Assembly (NCBI GenBank): GCA_965235115.1
Contig: OZ249440.1
Location: 32,614,001 to 32,678,000 of the forward strand
Length of the DNA stretch: 64,000 bases
Reading direction: 5' to 3'
Source: Laetmonice hystrix
Taxonomy: Eukaryota
The notes under the pieces were generated by a model. It saw nothing but the letters and a program-made list of their open reading frames with translations, had not been told where the DNA came from and ran no database searches. Of the stretch, positions 1 through 12,300 are shown one piece after another (the stretch's first letter is position 1; each line of letters starts with the position of its first letter). The position numbers were made by a program, and so were the translations under genes.

Positions 1-267
1 AAACTTCTTCTGGACACAGGTGATCAGCACCTCTATGAGGCAAGTAAGGCCCCACAATGGGGCTGCGACTTCAGTTTCGGTCAGGCGCAGCAGATCGTGC
101 AGGATCAAGTCCAGGACAATCTACTTGGGCGTCTACTTGAACGTATCCGTGATGATATCAAGACTGAAGGTCAACCAACACTGACACCGAAACCTAAATT
201 AACACTTGAACTGGACTCAACCCGCAACGATCAAGCCAAAACCTCAGGGTTTTCAAATAAAAATTAA
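1..267 (+). CDS. C-terminal part of a NADAR/YbiA-like domain protein (5'-truncated by the window edge)
   Basis: Frame +1 is open from base 1 to TAA at 265-267: KLLLDTGDQHLYEASKAPQWGCDFSF...QDNLLGRLLERIRDDIK. This matches the NADAR C-terminal pattern LLxTGxxxLxEAS...WG...NxLGxxLxxxR. It is absent from the ORF track because it has no Met. Confidence 0.6.
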   Translation, partial: KLLLDTGDQHLYEASKAPQWGCDFSFGQAQQIVQDQVQDNLLGRLLERIRDDIKTEGQPTLTPKPKLTLELDSTRNDQAKTSGFSNKN

Positions 268-481
268 GAGACTTCAGCGTACTTTTTTCTTGTTAAAAGT
301 TAAACATTTTATACAGTAACCTTATAAACATTGAACACTTTTTTCAACGTAATGAATTGAATTTATATACAACTTTTCTCCTTAACATGTTTTATTAATA
401 ATATACCATAACATTATTACCATATGTCAACCAACTGTGTCGCGGGTTGGTCTGGTACTACATGTGCAGGTTGGGCCTTGA

Positions 482-1308
482 CGTCTGCTTCTTTAGGGAG
501 CATGAATTATTTTACATTGATTTCGTCATTGGTGTTACTGTCATTGGTGTTACCAGACCTAAGTAACACCAATGTTTTTTGGTAACACCAATGACAATAT
601 ACAATTCTGCTGTGATCATTCTTAAATAATCAGTGATATAACGCCTCTATATTGCATTATATCAATAATTAATAAAAGTATAGATGATGAAAAGTAACTT
701 TTATTTCAATATTACGGATTCATGACTGTCATTGGTGTAACTGACTGTCATTCGAGTTACTTTGTCATTGGTGTTACAGTATATATTTTTCCTCCTCATT
801 TATTCAGGAGTTTGTCTAATCTTACATTTACGGTTCAGTAGGTCCAATATGGATATTATCTTGCCCTACTTGATAAATTTTCCCTTGAAAGATTCCATAT
901 TTTTGTTTGCCATAATGTATTGAGTTGCGCATTTGAGGCCTGATGCTATATTTCTTCACAGAAATTGAAGAAATGTGCCTCTAAACACCATTACGACATA
1001 CAATACTTCCTATATATCATAGGACGTCAAGGGGTATTTTATGTGAGAAAACTAGGTCTATAAACCATTGAGCTTATACACTAATTGTATCCTTATTGTC
1101 TGGTAACACCAATGACACTAAAGGTTCATTTCTGTGAATGAAACGTACCTAAAAAATGTAATGCACGAAATATTAGCACTGCCAGTGTGTAAAAATATTT
1201 TCAGATGGTCACTACATTAAAATGATCGAAAATAAAAGGATTTATCTTTTAAACATTTTGTGTTCACTTTGCTTTGTAAAAATGACCGTTTTTGGAGAAT
1301 GACTAGCG
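482..1308. mobile_element. Probable non-autonomous DNA transposon with GTCATTGGTGTTAC subterminal motifs
   Basis: The motif gtcattggtgttac / gtaacaccaatgac recurs at about 525, 540, 563, 582, 728, 764 and 1102 in both orientations. The ends are poorly defined. Confidence 0.35.
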
Positions 1309-1334
1309 TTTAGAGCAATGAGATGTGCAGTGAG

Positions 1335-1766
1335 TTTTTGAATTCAGAAGGCAAAGGAAAAAAATGCTATTTCCGGTCATCTGGAGATAGAATTTATGAA
1401 GTTCCTCAAAGCATTCAGAGGTCTAAGCCTAGCTTAGCAATAACATGGGGGAAGGGGTTCTGGGGGTCGTTCCTAGAACATTCTTAAATTTAGAAGCTCA
1501 AAAATGCTATTTCCTGGCATATGGGTCGGGGGGGGGGGGTCATTCGAACACCCCGACCCCCCCCCCCCCCCCGCAGCTACGGGCCTGACTGTCGGGGGGG
1601 GGGAGGGGACAGGATTCCCTTTAATTTAAAGGCAGCCAGGTCAGGTGGACACCCTGCGGACATGACCTGGACCCACGATCCCCCCATCTGATCACTGTCA
1701 GGGGGGACCGTGGGCCCAAGGAGTGGTGCGTTCGAACGCCCCTAACACCCCCTGGCTACGGGCCTG
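1335..1766 (+). repeat. Partial copy of the CAGGCCCGTAGCC-ended MITE family (homologous to 5330-5796)
   Basis: Shares blocks with 5330-5796 (ctggagatagaa...ctcaaagca; ggtggacaccctgc.gaca.ga.ctggaccca; ctgtcagggggggaccg). Both copies end in cccctggctacgggcc. Confidence 0.6.
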
Positions 1767-1980
1767 AGGTGAAAGAGGTGCACATTCGGTACTTGAAAGT
1801 TTGCTTGCTGATCTAAGGGTGGAAGTGTACGCTGGCGAAAATTTACCGTGTATGATACGGACCTGGGATTAGGTGTGGGTGGGTGTGTGGGGGGTGGGGC
1901 TGCTGTTTGTGGGTGTGCCTTAGTTGGAGGTGTCTTCAAATGGAGGTTGTAAGCGATGATTTATGCTTCTCTATAGCTTT

Positions 1981-2390
1981 GCACCCGTTGGCATGCCATA
2001 CATTAGTGGGCGCTCACCTCAACTGCGGTGGTGAACGCGGATTAGTATCCATGTATAGGTCAAGGTGGTTTTTTTTGTTTTCTTTTCTTTTGACTTCATC
2101 AACCGTGATGTAATGACCTTATATGAAATAGTTCCAATGTAACAAGTATTAAAGGTAATCAATCACCATACGGCTGCCGATTTGGCACCCGTTGGCATGC
2201 CATACATTAGTGGGCGCTCACCTCAACTGCGGTGGTGAACGCGGATTAGTATCCATGTATAGGTCAAGGTGTTTTTTTTTGTTTTCTTTTCTTTTGACTT
2301 CATCAACCGTGATGTAATGACCTTATATGAAATAGTTCCAATGTAACAAGTATTAAAGGTAATCAATCACCATACGGCTGCCGATTTTGG
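1981..2390. repeat. Tandem duplication of an approximately 204-bp unit
   Basis: gcacccgttggcatgcc...cggctgccgattt occurs at 1981-2184 and again from 2185, nearly identical. Confidence 0.9.
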
Positions 2391-2963
2391 CAAAGTGCTG
2401 TGGCGATTTCTTTTATCTGAAATTATTGGGGGGGGGGCATAGCCCCCCAGCCCCCCTGCTCCGCCGTGCCGGCCTGAAATGGACAATGGCATTGGGTGAG
2501 GTCAAGTATCAAGTAGAATTTGATTGAGTTAAAGTTGAGATTACTCTAGGTTAATTTAACCACACTAACTCCATAATGAAGTAAAGTGTCAAATTACCCC
2601 CAAGTAACTGTCAGATTACTAGAGAATTGCTCCAACATAACTTCTATGGTGTGAGATCTTTCTGAATGCTGGCCTCCTTTCAAAGTTTTGCTGCCTTTCT
2701 TCAGCTGCACCAGCGATCAAAGTTGGCTTGAAAAACGAAAAACGCGACGTAAAGTCTTGGGTAAAGTAAGGGTTATTGCAGATTGTTTACCCCCAGTAAT
2801 ACCAATGATTTGACTTCTCAACGAGGGTACAGACCACCGCAGGGTACACTCAGAGGTAACTCAGGATCAGTGCAAAAACTTGAGCAATCAGGGTTGACTC
2901 AACCTAAGCAAACGGCCATCTTGTTTCCCCGAAGCATTGCAAAATGTACTGTGATAATCTTAA

Positions 2964-3453
2964 AGGTGATCGATCCCCCTAATGCCGCCTGGTTTTGTCG
3001 AGATCCCCGACAATCCTCCTACGAATCCGCGTATTTCAAGCTTACCTGATCTTGAATCTATCCCACTGAACTGATAAAACATTCTGTCGTATCCATAACA
3101 TTGTTGTGCTAGGTCTCTTGTTGATAATGAGCCCTAATGATGTGATACATCCAATATTTTTCATCTCAATGGACTGAGAACCGAGAACGACCGCCATGAC
3201 CGCGTTAGCATTGTTAGGGCGGCCCTTACTAAGCAACGGGATTGGGCGCATGCGTTGCCTCGCACTGCTCCGCCTGCCCTCCCCCCATAATCCAAATAAG
3301 GGCATGATTTGATTTGTGTACTCTCGTCTCTAGCCAAATAGGTATACGCTTAATTAATTAATTAAAAATATTGTCGATATAATGTCGATGTCCATATTTA
3401 CTCAAGTTTTGTTGAATTGACTGCGTTTATTTCAATTTTCGGACAGATTTCCT
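2964..3453. mobile_element. Kolobok-type non-autonomous element (TTAA TSD)
   Basis: ttaa|AGGTGATCGATCC ... GGACAGATTTCCT|ttaa, with short imperfect TIRs starting AGG. Confidence 0.55.
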
Positions 3454-3560
3454 TTAATATAACTACAAGTAAATACCAGTCACGATGTCTGATCCTCCGA
3501 CGTTCGTCAGACACTTGATAACAATATGAACACATGTATCAAGAGGGAAAACTCGCGTAA

Positions 3561-3992
3561 AGCTGGGTTTACACTTTTGACGCCGTCGGCCGCCGTAATA
3601 CGCGAGCATACCCTACGCCGGTTGGCGGCGTCAGCTAGCGAGTGCCAGCAGACCTGACCGCACGTCTAGCGTCACTCCCCCCAAGTCTAAACTCACGCAC
3701 GCAAACGCTGGCAAGCGCCGACCTATCCTCAAGGCTCTGCGGTGAAATCGTAATTTGACCTAATTGGGCTATTTTTGATTGGCTGAATTGCCGCCGTATG
3801 CCAGCGCACATCTTGAAAGTTCAACACAGTTGAACTCTGAAAAATGTTACGCCGACATGCGTCGTTATACGGCGTGTACTTGCCAGCGTGGAAACTATAA
3901 ACCTATGCGCTGGCGAACGCCGGCAGCCGCCGGCTGCGTGCGTATGCTGGCGTATAATGGCGGGCAACGGCGTCAAAAGTATAAACCCAGCT
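3561..3992. mobile_element. PIF/Harbinger-type MITE
   Basis: TIRs agctgggtttacacttttgacgccgt / acggcgtcaaaagtataaacccagct, flanked by TAA and TTA (TWA target). Confidence 0.75.
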
Positions 3993-4265
3993 TTATACTG
4001 CTATCTTAATGTATAAACTTACCTTCCTATATTGTCAATGCCTGTTAAAACGATATTGTGCCTACAAGCTATTGTACATGTACATTTTGTATCGTGAACC
4101 TGCTCTGGACTAACGTGTGTAAAATGATCATGGATGTTCTGTCCATACTAACAAGGCAAGCTATTTGGGACTTTTTAACACTAAATCGCTATGTTTGAAT
4201 GCAGCCAGGACATTGATCTGCAGTAACTGCTAGAGTCTGAAAATAATTCTGATTCTCCACTGTCC

Positions 4266-4923
4266 TTGATAAACATGAAGTGTGAACACACAGCGATGGG
4301 AAATAATGCCAAATTTTTAAACAATGCAAATAATATGACTTACATGCATTTGAATATTCGTAGTTTGCCAGCTAAGTTTGATATACTCAAAATGTTGATC
4401 AATAGTCTTGATGAAAGGGACTCTAGCCCAGATTTTATACTTTTGTGTGAGACATGGCTTAACGAGTTGAATCATAACTTTTTTCAAATATCAGGATATA
4501 ATTTTGTTGATCATCACCGTGTTCAATCAAAGGGAGGTGGAGTAGCCATATATATTAAAGATGGGATGAACTTTAAAATGCGTGATGACCTAATGGTCTT
4601 TGAAGAAGGTTCGTTTGAGTCAATCTTTATCGAAATTGTGAACGGTAAGAAGAGTACAATCATTGGTGAAATGTATAGAGTTCCCGGCACAAATGAAAAG
4701 CATTTTCTTAACATTAACACTAAGAGGGTATCTGAAAGGTGTTACAAAAAGAAAAGAAAGGTATTGTCATTGGGACAGACCAAAATATTAATCTTCTAAA
4801 TTTCCAAATTCATTAAAATACTGCCGCACTTATTGACCTTAATTTTGCGTATGGAATCATACCAACTATAACTAAACCTACCCGAATTACTCATAATACT
4901 GCTACTTTGATTGATAATATATA
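4266..4923 (+). pseudogene. CR1/L2-group LINE ORF2, AP-endonuclease domain, segment 1
   Basis: HLNIRSL...ILLCETWLN...GGGVAIYIK...ESIFIEI...YRVPGTN; after a frameshift, IVIGTDQNINLL...(stop)...TKPTRITHNTATLIDNI. Confidence 0.85.
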
Positions 4924-5313
4924 TGTCGTGGCTCAGATCCCAATCTGGCCCAGTTGCCAATTGGTCCGGACCAGATCCCAATTGGGATCTGGTCCGGCCC
5001 AGATACCAATTGGGATCTGGTCCGGACCAGTTGCCAACTGGACCGGACCAGATCACAATTGACATCTGGGCTGGCCTGGATGCCAATTGGGATCTGGGCC
5101 GGACCAATTGGAAACTGGACCGGACCAGATCACAATTGGCATCTGGGCTGGCCTGGATGCCAATCGAGGTTTTCAGTCATAAGATTGGAATCTGGTCCGG
5201 ACCAGTTGGCAACTGGTCCAGACGAAATAATAATTTCAATCTGGTCCAGCCCAGATCCCAATCCAATGACTCTTGGTCCAGATCCAAATCCTGGTTCCTC
5301 ATCATGGATTTAA
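4924..5313 (+). repeat. Left TIR of the Ginger2 element, built from palindromic units
   Basis: Reverse complement of 15071-15488; internal units gatcccaattgggatc and ctggtccggaccag. Confidence 0.95.
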
Positions 5314-6240
5314 AAATAGTATAGGGCCTTCACGCTCTGAGACGTTTGAAATTATGAAATTTCTAAAAGCAGTCAGGCCTAGTCTACCAATAACGTCGGA
5401 AGGTAGGGGCCCTCCCACAAAAAAATTTTGAATTTAAAAGGCAAAGAAACGCAATTTCCCAGCCTCTGGAGATAGAACTTGTAAAGCTTCTCAAAGCACT
5501 AAAGGCCTAGCCTATGTACCAATAACATGCGCTGGGGTCCTCCCCAGAATATTTTTGAATTTAGAAGGCCAAAAACGCCATTTCTTGACCAAAATAAGGG
5601 GGGTCCAGGGGGTCTGGACACGCCCCTAAGGGGAGAACATGGGTCGGAGGGGTCGGTCTGAAGGTGGACACCCTGCAGACACGAGCTGGACCCACTATCC
5701 CCCTATCTGATCGCTGTCAGGGGGGACCGGATCCCCCTGTCAGGGGGGATATGGGTCCAGGGGGTGGTTCATTCCAACACCCCCTGGCTACGGGCCATTT
5801 TTTGTCAATGTGAAATAAAATAAATCTAAAAAGAAATATGATTGTGAGAATGTTTTTTTTCTGTATGGAAAGGAGTCTGGACATTAATTAATCGCTCTGT
5901 TGTCTTCAGTAGTCAGAAGTGTTGTGCTGACCTTGCACACACCCAGACTTCTGCCGAGCCGTTAGTAACACTTTCCCATTGTTTCCAAGATCTAAGAGAC
6001 TACCCTACTTTGTAGTGACTATTGTTCCTTCCAAGCTGCCAGAATCGGGGCCTTTGCTGAAGGCCGGGTGTGAGAATCTTGGGCTGGGTTGCGGCTGACA
6101 CTCAGTGACGAGTGAATTTGACTGGGAGGTGTAAAGAGGCTGTGAAAAAGTGGTACGGCCAGAGAGTCGCAGCTTGAGGACATCAAATAAACATTAAAGA
6201 GGAAGGTGTGACACACTAGGGCCTAAATTAGAGTACATGT

Positions 6241-6295
6241 GATTGGCTACTAGGCCTGGTAGGGTATATAAGGGGTGCAGTTTCATAAGCAGTTC
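6241..6295 (+). promoter_or_regulatory. Putative core promoter of the Ginger2 transposase gene
   Basis: Inverted CCAAT (gattgg, 6241), TATATAA (6265-6271) and an Inr-like cagtt about 25 bp downstream; ATG at 6312. Confidence 0.5.
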
Positions 6296-6311
6296 ATTAC
6301 ACATTGTCGCA

Positions 6312-9300
6312 ATGGAGCAGAAGGAGCAGTTTTACGAGTTGCTGGATACCCACATGGCCACACTCTGTGACCAGAAGAGAGACAAGTACGTCATCACCCA
6401 AGCGACGTATGCTAAGGCCATCTCAGCATTGAATTTGGCTAAGGGTACCAAGTGCCCTGATGGTTCATATTTTAAGTTTTGGTGCAACAACAGTTTCCAG
6501 ACCCAGGACATAGGTGAGTATTGGACAGGTATAATCATTTAAATGCTATTAGATCTAAAAGGTTTCTGGCTGGTAAATTCGAGACGCCGTTGGCATATTG
6601 AACGTCTTGGTATTGCAATTTCAAACTTTACTACAAGAAAGTGAACTTATTTTAAACCAGCAACAGTTTCTGAACCATTCATAATTTCACGGATATAAGA
6701 CATTATGCCATCAGTGTGTACCACATGTCTTCCCGCGTCCTTGTTCATTATTTACTGTGTGCTTGACATGATCTTTCTTTTCGTGCAGGTACCGAAACCA
6801 TTCTTTACTGGCTCTGTCCACAATCAGGTGTCCATTTTTGACCATCAAATAAATTGAAAAAATTATACCTCACTACTAATGTGTCAATACAATGTAATAC
6901 TGCCCAACTGCTCTTGAAACAAGTAAATTAATGTTGGGAAATAACACCAACAATTCAGTGGATGAATACCAAGGTTACCTCTTAAAATTAGGAATTTACT
7001 GTTCAAACATGGTGGACAAATCTGGCAAAAATGTGTGACACAATACTAAACCTCTGGGCAAACTCACGTAACACTGTACTTCCACCAATGTTACGTGAGA
7101 AGAGAAGAGAGCTCAAAGATCAACCAAAAAGGAAACCCCTCAAATTGTGACTTCAGTGTCCAGATAGAGGAAGGGTGGCTCCAGCAAAGGAAGAAAACGC
7201 AAGAGACAGAAGATCAATGAAGACAGTGATTCAGTGTTCTTCACTGGTTCTGCACTGCGGAAGGCTACTTCAAGAGCAGCATCTGCACTACCGAAAACAC
7301 AGACCAAACGCCAGAAAGTACTGGAAATACTTGCAAGAAATTTACAACCAAATGAAGAGCCAGCAGCTGCTGCTCTGCAGGAAGCAATAAGAAAGACAAA
7401 ACCAGGACAGAAAGGGACCCTCATTACCAGGATTGCTAAGAAGATCAAAGAAGGGTACAAGAACAAGAAAAGGGCAGCGCAGAATCTGGGAATCAGGTAT
7501 AAAACACTGTTGTCAAGAACTAAAGACGGCAGCAGTCAGGAATTCCAAAGAAAAACTAGGAAAGACGCCATGAATGTCAGTGAGAAGAACAAAGTCATTA
7601 GTTTTTATGAGAAACAACACATCTCCACTGAAATGGCAGGGAAGAAGCATGTGAGTTTAAAAACTCACAAGCAGTCGAGGTACCTGCAATGTAGCCTAAA
7701 GGAAACCTACAAAATGTACAAGGAAGAAAATGCCAATGCATCTAGTGTAATATCATTCTCAAAATTTGCCAATCTTAGGCCGCCTCACATCAAGCCCCAT
7801 ACCCAAGTGCAATTCGACCAGTGTCTGTGCATATACTGCACAAACATGGAACTCAAATTGAAAGTACTGAACCAGCGACTTCTGCGCAAGAATGTGAACT
7901 ACACAAAGTATACAGTTGTGGATGCGACACTCTGTCCACGAAGGGAAGACTCCAGGTGGCACAAGCTACAGTGCGTCCAGAGGAACTGCCCTGACTGTCC
8001 TAAGTTGGACCTAGCCATGCACTTCACAGCTGAAGAACTTGAGCAAAGTACCACGTGGTACCGGTGGGAGCAGACAGAGATCGCCAGTGGAGAGAAGAAA
8101 ATGCTTCCCACAGAGAAGAAAGGGACGACAAAGGGCTTAATCAAAGAGATTATGACAGAACTTGAACCATTCTCATCACACTTGTTTGTCGCCAAATGGC
8201 AGCAGGAGCAGCTATCATACATTCTTGACAACATGCCATCAGAAACTGTGGTTATGGTTCTGGATTTCTCAGAAAATTTCACCTGTGAGTTTCAATATGC
8301 TGTTCAGTCGGCCAGGTGGTGGAAGCCACAAGTCACTCTGTTTCCTGCTGTGGTATATTACATGTGCCCTGATGACGGTCAGAGGATTCAGGAGAGCATT
8401 TGTATAGTAAGTGATGACAAAAGTCACGATTTCCATGGTGTACACCATTACACGGAAGTGATCATAGAGCATCTCTACAGCACACGGAAGATCCCCATCT
8501 CTCAGGTCATTGAATTCACGGATGGTGCAGCATCACAATTTAAGAGTCGCATTCCAATTGCTGACATCTCTTGTGGCATGTCTTTTGGAGGAAAAACGCT
8601 GAAGTTTCAAAGACACTTCTTCGGTTCCTGCCACGGCAAAGGACCCTCAGATGGGGAGGGGGATGGGGAGATCAAGAGCTATGTAACCCGTGCCATCAAG
8701 AGTAGGAATGTGAAAATTTCCGGTGCCCATGACTTCTACGAGTATGCAAAAGAACATTTAACAAGAGAACCCACTGAGGATGCAGGCTGTCTTCACAGCC
8801 GTAGGGTCTTTAGGTACGTTGATGCTGCTGACGTGGTAAGACCAAGGCCTGACCGAGATATCAAAACCGTCCCAGGCACAAGGTCACTACATTCAATCAT
8901 CGGCATTCAGCCTGGTTTTGTCATAGCCAGACACATAACATGTGTCTGTCAGGCCTGCCTAGGAGGAACCCCTCAACAGTGTCTGAAGCAAGTGAGTCCA
9001 ATACAGCCCATCAGACTGGCGAGGAAGGATGGCCTGGACTGGCTACCCGACGTGAATGAACAACTAGGTAAGCAATATTATAATTATAATTTGTCTATAG
9101 TTTTGGTCGAGGATGAGGGCCTATCAGTATCCGAACCTGAACCAACCATGCTGCAGGAACTAGTAGATCTGTTTCAGGTAAGTACCAATGGAAAGTTCTA
9201 TGAATAGGAAAGTAATGTAGTTTGAATGATGTCTTGATACGAGATGCATATTTGTATTGATCTGTTCTGCACACTCAAAATTGTTAGGTGTAATTTAGTT

Positions 9301-12300
9301 CTGAGCGGCACTACCTCTTTTTCAGATTGATCAGATTGATCTGAATGATATTGATGTGGATTTTACACTACCCGACACCCTACCTGACTCACATCCCCTC
9401 CAGGATGAGATCCTTGCCATACCAGTAGAACCTCAGCTGCCTTCAGAGGGACCTCAGCTGCCTCCAGAGGGACCTCAGCTGCCAGAGGGACCTCAGCTGC
9501 CTCCAGAGGGACCTCAGCTGCCTCCAGAGGGACCTCAGCTGCCTCCAGAGGGACCTCAGCTGCCTCCAGAGGGACCTCAGCTGCCTCCAGAGGGACCTCA
9601 GCTGCCTCCAGAGGGACCTCAGCTGCCTCCAGAGGGACCTCAGCTGCCGGAGGGACCTCAGCTACCTCCAGAGGGACCTCAGCTACCTCCAGAGGGACCC
9701 AAGCTGCCAGAGGGACCTCAGCTGCCTCCAGAGGGACCTCAGCTGCCTCCAGAGGGACCTCAGCTGCCAGAGGGACCTCAGCTGCCTCCAGAGGGACCTC
9801 AGCTACCTCCAGAGGGACCCAAGCTGCCAGAGGGACCTCAGCTGCCTCCAGAGGGACCTCAGCTGCCTTCAGAGGGACCTCAGCTGCCTCCAGAGGGACC
9901 TCAGCTGCCAGAGGGACCTCAGCTGCCTCCAGAGGGACCTCAGCTACCTCCAGAGGGACCTCAGCTGCCTCCAGAGGGACCTCAGCTGCCTCCAGAGGGA
10001 CCTCAGCTGCCTCCAGAGGGACCTCAGCTGCCTCCAGAGGGACCTCAGCTGCCTCCAGAGGGACCTCAGCTGCCAGAGGGACCTCAGCTGCCTCCAGAGG
10101 GACCTCAGCTGCCAGAGGGACCTCAGCTGCCTCCAGAGGGACCTCAGCTGCCAGAGGGACCTCAGCTGCCTCCAGAGGGACCTCAGCTGCCTCCAGAGGG
10201 ACCTCAGCTGCCAGAGGGACCTCAGCTGCCTCCAGAGGGATCTCAGCTGCCAGAGGGACCTCAGCTGCCTCCAGAGGGACCTCAGCTACCTCCAGAGGGA
10301 CCTCAGCTGCCAGAGGGACCTCAGCTGCCTCCAGAGGGACCTCAGCTGCCAGAGGGACCTCAGCTGCCAGAGGGACCTCAGCTGCCTCCAGAGGGACCTC
10401 AGCTGCCAGAGGGACCTCAGCTGCCAGAGGGACCTCAGCTGCCTCCAGAGGAGCCCCAGCTGCCATCTACCAGGCTAGTACTTATTCCTTAGAATTCTTA
10501 ATATTCTTTTTCTGTAGCCTGTAGGTAAGTAGTACATAACATGTATGTAAAGGGAAAAGGTTGCATAAGTTGGCCTTGTGATGAGACTTAACTTTTTATC
10601 TGTGTACATACAGAACATTTCAGGAAGGGAGCTATGTTGTGGTTAACCAAATGGAAAGCTTTCCAGCTATTGTGAGTGATTTATATAAGTTCCAAAGTAT
10701 TGGTTGGTTTTTGTATTATTGTTCAGTTGACTCAGTTGAACATAAATTTTGCTTGCGTTCTGTTGTTTTTTTCTGCATTATACATATTATATCAAAACAT
10801 TATACATACATAATCTTGTGAATATTGATATAAGATAAGATTCAGATTTTATTGAATCGTCCATATATACCATGAATTGTGCAGGCTTTTAAGTTTATGT
10901 ATTTGAATATACATGTATATCTATCACCTACAGAATCAAAATTTTTAAATTATTGAATTAATTGTTGTATAGATTGAGAAGGTTGAGGGGACTTCAGCCT
11001 GGGTGATATATCACAGGCCTCATCCAAGCCGTTCACTGGATTTCTACATCCGCAACCAGGTCCTTCACCTGGTGGATCTCAAGGATTGCTTTGCCTGCCC
11101 ATCCCCTGAGGAGGTACACAAAGGCAGGAGAACGTATTACAGGTAAATGTAGTTACGATGGCAGAACTTTATATATCAATATACAATACGTATACATGTT
11201 TCTTGATTCGTATGTCATTGATAAACATATATACATGTGTGTAGCTACAAAAGCTGCTGAAACTATATACCTAACATTTGACTATGTTCCAGATTTTGAA
11301 GGAAGTATACATCCTCGAACTCATCCATGGATCCAGTTACAAGTGCCCTTTTTTCATTCTACCTTGGAATTAATTTTAAAGTGTTGAATGGTTCAGTGTT
11401 CAATAAATAAATTTGTATTCCAAACAGATCAAAATGTTGCTGTGTTATAATTTTTCTACATGTATCTTCTATGTGAAACAACTATATAAGAGGATCTTAA
11501 ACATTTTAATATTTCTTTTTTTTTAATGTGTACATACTATTTGCTAACAGAAAGTTGTAATCATTAATTAAAGAGGGTTAATAACGGTTTTTGAGTATAT
11601 TTTACATTAATGATACAGATCAACCTTTTGACAATATCTCACGTAACATGGACAAACTGTTTCCCCAGCATGACTCGCACTTATGTAACACGGACATTAC
11701 GCTTATGTAACGTGGACTTCTACTTACGTAACCAGGACAGTGGTCCATGGCGAGTATTATGTAACATGGACAATGTGGTAGTTGTCCATGTTTGTGAGTC
11801 ACACATTTTTAATTTCCTCTTTAAGTTAACTTAATTGCTGCAAAATTATCTTTTGACAGTATTTAATCATAGATAGTGGAATTATCTTCCATATCATACT
11901 ATTTATAGGGTTCCATATGATGAATTACGATTGAGACCAAAATGTCACAAACATGGGCCACCTGATTGTGGACAGAGCCTACTGTAAGAAGACGAACTTG
12001 CCTGTCACCACCAAAGAAGATCTGTACAGTGTGATCCATCAGAGTCACCAACGTGTGGGCCACTGCGGCCGTACAAAAACATTTGATGAAGTCAAGAACA
12101 ACTACAGCTGGGTCCCCCGAAATGCAGTGGCGTTCTACCTGCAGACATGCCAGACCTGCAAGATTCGCGCACCACTAAAGCAGCCCATATCCGCCAAGCC
12201 CATCATCTCCCTCGGTTTTCTCACCAGAGTCCAAGTTGACCTAATAGACATGACAAGCCGTCCAGATGGTGAGAATAAATGGATTTTACATGCTAGACAC

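Larger units (their letters stand above)
6810..11979 (+). mobile_element. Sola2-like DNA transposon
   Basis: 21-bp TIR ggctctgtccacaatcaggtg / cacctgattgtggacagagcc and a 4-bp TACT TSD (6806-6809, 11980-11983). Confidence 0.8.

Noticed and set aside
4796..5324. WSGPD/GPDQ-repeat ORFs here and at 15018-15569
   Set aside because: They are translations of the palindromic Ginger2 TIR arrays, open in several frames on both strands.
9363..10466. 367-aa minus-strand AAEVPLE-repeat ORF
   Set aside because: It is the antisense shadow of the PPEGPQL minisatellite, with no unique flanking coding sequence.
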